Source: a virus. Taken from it: DNA of 36,035 nt. Both the position numbers and the translations under genes were made by a program. The notes under the pieces are model-generated. The model was not told where the DNA came from, searched no databases, and was given only the letters and a program-made list of their open reading frames with translations. Below, piece after piece: positions 33,098 to 36,035 of the stretch. The number at the start of each line of letters is the position of its first letter. Positions within the stretch are counted from its first letter, which is position 1. The stretch is from positions 1 through 36,035 of IMG/VR virus record IMGVR_UViG_3300045988_105737; one strand, written 5' to 3'.

Positions 33098-33376
33098 ATG
33101 AATTCAAAAACAGATATCAATTGTAACGATGCTTTTGCTGAATCTGGACTAGAAAAAAGCAAGTGTAAAAAAGTGACGGTTTATCTAGCCGACGGTAGAG
33201 AAATGACGACCGTTAACGTTTTGAACGTTAGCAAATGCGATGGTGGGTGTGGCAATCTTATGCTCGAACTTTATGGCAAAGGCAAAGCAGGAAAAAACAG
33301 AAGGATGGTTTTTAATCTAGCAAGCAATAACATCATTGGATATTCAATAGATGATCAAGAAACAAGCAAATCTTAA
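33098..33376 (+). CDS. Small protein, paralogue family B copy 1 (92 aa)
   Basis: Shares C.KV ... LA(D/N)G ... C.GG ... F(N/D)L ... N(I/V)(I/V)GYSI.D with 34595..34798. Confidence 0.55.
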   Translation: MNSKTDINCNDAFAESGLEKSKCKKVTVYLADGREMTTVNVLNVSKCDGGCGNLMLELYGKGKAGKNRRMVFNLASNNIIGYSIDDQETSKS

Positions 33377-33481
33377 AGTTTGACCTTAACAAGTCGTAAA
33401 ACTGTTAAATGTTGATGTGGTTGTTTGAACGGTATACATTCACAAAAAAACGTAAATCAGGATCTCACAAATAACGACACA

Positions 33482-33746
33482 GTACAGGCTTGGTATCTGT
33501 CAGAGGATGCTGAGTCATAGGCGGTAAAGATGCAAGGAAGCTGTAAACAACAAAATTTATTAAAAAGGTAGGTGTAATTTTCCCTTTCTCATTAATTCAC
33601 ATCGCAGCAACCAAGCAAATTTATTGCTAAAAATTAGGGTTTATAAAACCTACTTAATCTTTTAAATACGTTACAGGCCAAATAAATTGAGAGGAGTAAA
33701 CCTCTGTAACATGTTCTTCGTAAGCCTGTAACACCACCTTGCATCT
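33482..33746 (+). ncRNA. Candidate structured RNA / regulatory element inside the 455-bp ORF-free island
   Basis: Nested perfect complements: 33528-33537/33737-33746 (10 bp), 33670-33678/33724-33732 (9 bp), 33690-33694/33701-33705 (5 bp), and 33566-33573/33648-33655 (8 bp with one G-U). An upstream duplicate of the two 5' strands sits at 33483-33507. Strand and ends are not established. Confidence 0.35.
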
Positions 33747-33831
33747 GCGAAATTTGAGCCAGTCACACGTTTTGAGGGCGTGGCAAGGTATTTATACCGG
33801 TATAACAATAAAACGATAGGAGAGTGTAAAA

Positions 33832-34326
33832 ATGGAGTTTATAACAGCGATTCACAAGTTAGAACAATGGAGACCAATTATGGAATGGGATGATCATATA
33901 AAGGAACTACCAGACGAGTTAAAAGAAAGCTGGGATAGAATACTGCAAGCTAGAGATGTAGGATTAGTGGACAGGTTAGGACTAACACAAGTTGAAATTA
34001 GAGAAATATCCGAGCTGATTAATAATGATGTGCTGCCAACTGAAGCATTTAGAAGATATGGGTTCAAGTATGCGAAGCGTCTAGCCAAGAGATTGGGCAT
34101 GGAAGATGTGATTGATAATTATTACAGAAGAGTTAAGTCATATTGTTTGATAGATGTTGTTACTAAAGAGAAACATCAGTTTTATAGGTTGCAAGACGTG
34201 GCTGAGTTTTTAGGGAGAAAAGATTATAGATCATTGCCACAATACATTGATAGAGCTTCATTCATTCCAAGAACAAATTACAAGATTTATAGATATAGAA
34301 CATTCAAGAAAAGAAAGAGGTTTTAA
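33832..34326 (+). CDS. Hypothetical basic protein (164 aa), possible DNA-binding regulator
   Basis: SD taggagag. HTH-like stretches (LGLTQVEIREISELI; FYRLQDVAEFLGRKDY) and a very basic C-terminus (YRYRTFKKRKRF). Confidence 0.5.
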   Translation: MEFITAIHKLEQWRPIMEWDDHIKELPDELKESWDRILQARDVGLVDRLGLTQVEIREISELINNDVLPTEAFRRYGFKYAKRLAKRLGMEDVIDNYYRRVKSYCLIDVVTKEKHQFYRLQDVAEFLGRKDYRSLPQYIDRASFIPRTNYKIYRYRTFKKRKRF

Positions 34327-34327
34327 C

Positions 34328-34519
34328 ATGAAAAAGATCATAGCATTAATTTTTACAATAATTTCAGGAGTAAGCATGTTTGGAGTTATTGCAGGATATA
34401 TACTTGATGCGCTTGGCGTATGTGGAGCAGGCTTTTATCTAATAGGAATAGGAGAGGTTGTATGTGTTGCGTCCGCGTCGGTAGTTGTCACAATTGGCAT
34501 TTTTAGTTATTTAGAGTAA
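34328..34519 (+). CDS. Small membrane protein (63 aa)
   Basis: The ATG at 34328 lies 2 nt after the upstream stop. Translation begins MKKIIALIFTIISGVSMFGVIAGYILDALGVCGAGFYLIGIG. The ORF-track start at 34247 is an out-of-context extension. Confidence 0.5.
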   Translation: MKKIIALIFTIISGVSMFGVIAGYILDALGVCGAGFYLIGIGEVVCVASASVVVTIGIFSYLE

Positions 34520-34594
34520 TAAGATATGGCAATGCTAATATTTTGGAAACTAGAACGCTTTTTAGAAAAACTTAAATAAGAAGGATTGATTAAG

Positions 34595-34798
34595 ATGGAT
34601 AATTGTGTAAAAGTATTTTTAGCAAATGGGGAAGCATTTATTTTAGATGATGTTTCAAGCACAAAAGAATTATGCAAAGGTGGTAAGACAGTTCTCTTAG
34701 TTAGCCACTTTGATGACGAAGCAAATCAAGAAATGATATCATGTTTCGATCTTGGTAAAGAGAATGTTGTTGGCTATTCAATAAGTGATGAGCTTTAG
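34595..34798 (+). CDS. Small protein, paralogue family B copy 2 (67 aa)
   Basis: The ATG at 34595 lies 9 nt after aagaagga. See 33098..33376 for the shared pattern. Confidence 0.55.
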   Translation: MDNCVKVFLANGEAFILDDVSSTKELCKGGKTVLLVSHFDDEANQEMISCFDLGKENVVGYSISDEL

Positions 34799-34810
34799 GG
34801 AGGCGAAACA

Positions 34811-34990
34811 ATGAAACAATGGATTGTTGGTGGAATGATTACAATAGGAATAACGTTTATGGTAGTAAGCTGCTTTATATGTTCAATGAAGCGCGAAGGT
34901 AAAGACGAAGTTTTAGAATTAATAGAGGATGTAGGCTATGTTGCTATTTTGGTGATAACGATAATGTTTTTTAGTTTAATGGTGGTGTAA
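34811..34990 (+). CDS. Micro membrane ORF (59 aa)
   Basis: SD gggagg. Translation: MKQWIVGGMITIGITFMVVSCFICSMKREGKDEVLELIEDVGYVAILVITIMFFSLMVV, with two TM helices. Confidence 0.5.
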   Translation: MKQWIVGGMITIGITFMVVSCFICSMKREGKDEVLELIEDVGYVAILVITIMFFSLMVV

Positions 34991-35141
34991 GTATGAATAC
35001 TGTAAATTAACAAGCATTGATGGCACTTTGCTTTATCGAGACAATATTATCTCGAAACATTAATAAAAAACGTACCCCTACAATAAAGAAGTACGCAGAT
35101 CATATTAGTTGACACGATTATATCATAAGGAGCGTGGGCTT

Positions 35142-35582
35142 GTGGAAGATATGTTATTAGATTTACCTCAAATTGATTATGATGGAACAGCTGATAATGT
35201 TGTAAAGTTTCTAACAAACAGAAGTTACTATCCTAGATTGTATGATATATACATGCAAGCTAATCCAGAAAAATTACAGAGCCCAAGTTTGAGTGACATG
35301 CCTGGAGGTAGTGTTGGAAACAGCAACGAAAATAAAATGATCAAATATTTGTATGCGAAGGCGATTGTAGATGGAGTTAGGCAAACGATAGATAAGGGAT
35401 CACATGAGTTAAAAGTAGTGTTTAGTAACATAACTGGAGAGACAAGCGCAGCTGAAGCAATGCAGATGTTACACTACGAGAAATCAAGATACTACTTAAT
35501 TAGAAAACAAGTTTTAAATGAATTTGCTGATATTTTAGAAGTCCAAAATCTACATTGTCCAGATCTGCACATTTATATTTGA
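35142..35582 (+). CDS. ArpU-family late transcriptional regulator
   Basis: LLDLPQIDYDGTADNVVKFL ... QSPSLSDMPGGSVGNSNENKM ... YEKSRYYLIRKQVLNEFADIL follows the ArpU/RinA-like pattern. Last gene before the late operon. The GTG at 35142 lies 9 nt after aaggag; the ATG at 35151 is an alternative start. Confidence 0.78.
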   Translation: MEDMLLDLPQIDYDGTADNVVKFLTNRSYYPRLYDIYMQANPEKLQSPSLSDMPGGSVGNSNENKMIKYLYAKAIVDGVRQTIDKGSHELKVVFSNITGETSAAEAMQMLHYEKSRYYLIRKQVLNEFADILEVQNLHCPDLHIYI

Positions 35583-35914
35583 ACATTGCATAAAAGTAAA
35601 GGCTAAAAGGATTTTTTGGAAACGTACATTGGAAACAAAAAGGATGCGATCAAACGAAAAAGGTGGTATTATATTATTGTCGAAAGATATATAAATGATT
35701 AATTCTTTCATTTCAATTCCAAAACTTAATAATTAGCTTCAAAGACAGCGAGACGAGTTTAACTCGCCTCTTACGTGGTGTGTAGGAACACTGCTTTGTG
35801 TGTATGACACTATTCATACCGTAGCTACAGCGTTATGTAGATATAATTGCATTTTCGATTGTTATTCATGTTGGTTTTTCAATAACTATCATTTTTCATT
35901 TTATTCCTTTTACG

Positions 35915-35946
35915 AAGAACAGTTTTAACGACTGTTCTTTTTTTTA
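35915..35946 (+). terminator. Rho-independent terminator immediately upstream of the late operon
   Basis: Stem aagaacagt (35915-35923) / actgttctt (35931-35939), loop tttaacg, and a T8 run. The T-run forms the start of the window (bases 2-9). Confidence 0.8.
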
Positions 35947-36035
35947 TGCAATTATGAGTTTCAGAAGTGTGTTAAATTAAAGGGTGGGGTATCTAATGGG
36001 TGACGATACATTTATAAAATTGTGCAAAGAGAAAA
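35937..36035. repeat. Right copy of the 99-bp terminal overlap (includes the 5' end of the first late gene from 35996)
   Basis: Identical to bases 1-99. Confidence 0.95.

Larger units (their letters stand above)
1..35936. mobile_element. Complete temperate siphovirus-type phage genome (one unit length of a circularised assembly)
   Basis: Full packaging, head, tail, lysis, lysogeny and replication modules are present. The 99-bp exact overlap of the two window ends closes the circle. The integrase/repressor module indicates a temperate lifestyle. Confidence 0.9.

Noticed and set aside
33409-33474. 21-aa micro-ORF (MLMWLFERYTFTKKRKSGSHK) and other tiny ORFs inside the 455-bp island.
   Set aside because: None has an SD at a suitable distance, and all are very short with stops in every frame nearby. 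The region is treated as non-coding.
18158-35141. N-terminal extensions in the ORF track: 18158-18238, 31988-32011, 32358-32423, 34247-34327, 34586-34594, 35109-35141, 24536-24550 (minus), 28945-28962 (minus), 8984-8992, 13203-13211, 27401-27409, 48-59 and 17802-17834.
   Set aside because: In each case an internal ATG or GTG lies 5-10 nt after a clear SD, whereas the upstream start has no SD, lies inside the SD, or overlaps the preceding gene out of context.
920-35431. Antisense or alternative-frame ORFs in the track. Minus strand: 920-1129, 2722-3000, 3028-3408, 3447-3761, 4326-4517, 5456-5671, 6025-6390, 6694-6903, 6887-7102, 9322-9570, 10056-10262, 10806-11216, 11250-11438, 12408-12629, 12774-13079, 13061-13294, 13970-14227, 15233-15463, 17735-17977, 19866-20234, 21441-21707, 24666-24860, 25481-25690, 25969-26193, 26737-26973, 27890-28111, 28225-28419, 29177-29449, 29669-29872, 29898-30101, 30156-30344, 31782-32012, 32806-33162, 33894-34100 and 35228-35431. 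Plus strand: 5638-5835, 13546-13815, 14115-14321, 19964-20158, 22779-23069 and 23914-24120.
   Set aside because: Each lies entirely inside a longer, motif-supported gene on the other strand or in another frame. Each also lacks an SD and translates to low-complexity, Leu/Ser/Cys/Phe-rich sequence typical of shadow ORFs in AT-rich DNA.
1-36035. Search by eye for tRNA, rRNA or tmRNA genes, CRISPR arrays, IS elements or transposases, reverse transcriptase (DGR/retron) and homing endonucleases or introns.
   Set aside because: I found no TPsiC-arm-like GTTCGAATC motifs or cloverleaf candidates, no spaced repeat arrays, and no transposase, RT or HNH/LAGLIDADG-type ORFs. Their absence should be confirmed with tRNAscan-SE, Infernal and HMM searches.

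Overview
The window is a complete, circularly closed temperate siphovirus-type phage (prophage) genome from a low-GC Gram-positive host. Gene content looks Lactobacillales-like, but the host cannot be fixed from sequence alone. Bases 1-99 recur exactly at 35937-36035, so the unique length is 35,936 bp. Plus-strand late operon, in order: small ORF, terS, terL, SPP1-like portal, gp7/Mu-F minor head protein, an inserted orphan Mod-like DNA methyltransferase, scaffold, major capsid, four head-tail joining proteins, major tail protein, G/GT chaperones with a canonical A_AAA_AAC -1 slippery site, a 941-aa tape measure, Dit, Tal with SLT and M23 domains, BppU-like receptor-binding candidates, an XkdW/XkdX-like pair, an XhlA-like protein, an LL-H-type holin and a GH25-SH3b endolysin. 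Next comes a moron island (boxed mini-transcription unit, then two operons behind a duplicated promoter cassette), an attP region, and on the minus strand integrase, ImmA-like protease and CI/ImmR-like repressor. A divergent switch then leads into Cro, a DUF771-like protein, Rha antirepressor, RecT plus PD-(D/E)XK nuclease, a DnaD-like replisome organiser with in-gene iterons, a DnaC-like loader, a truncated RusA, many small ORFs (two paralogue families, several micro membrane ORFs), a 455-bp ORF-free island and an ArpU-type late regulator. Best leads for something undescribed: (1) the 455-bp non-coding island at 33377-33831, with nested perfect long-range helices and a duplicated pair of helix strands; (2) the post-endolysin island, where a 56/57-nt promoter-operator-leader cassette is duplicated and the first operon has an acr-aca-like layout; (3) a consensus promoter boxed between two terminators (about 65-nt candidate sRNA); (4) a lone antisense gene with its own extended -10 promoter inside the replication module; (5) repeated small-soluble-protein plus micro-membrane-ORF cassettes. 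All functional calls come from motif recognition by eye. No database search, folding program or composition statistic was run.
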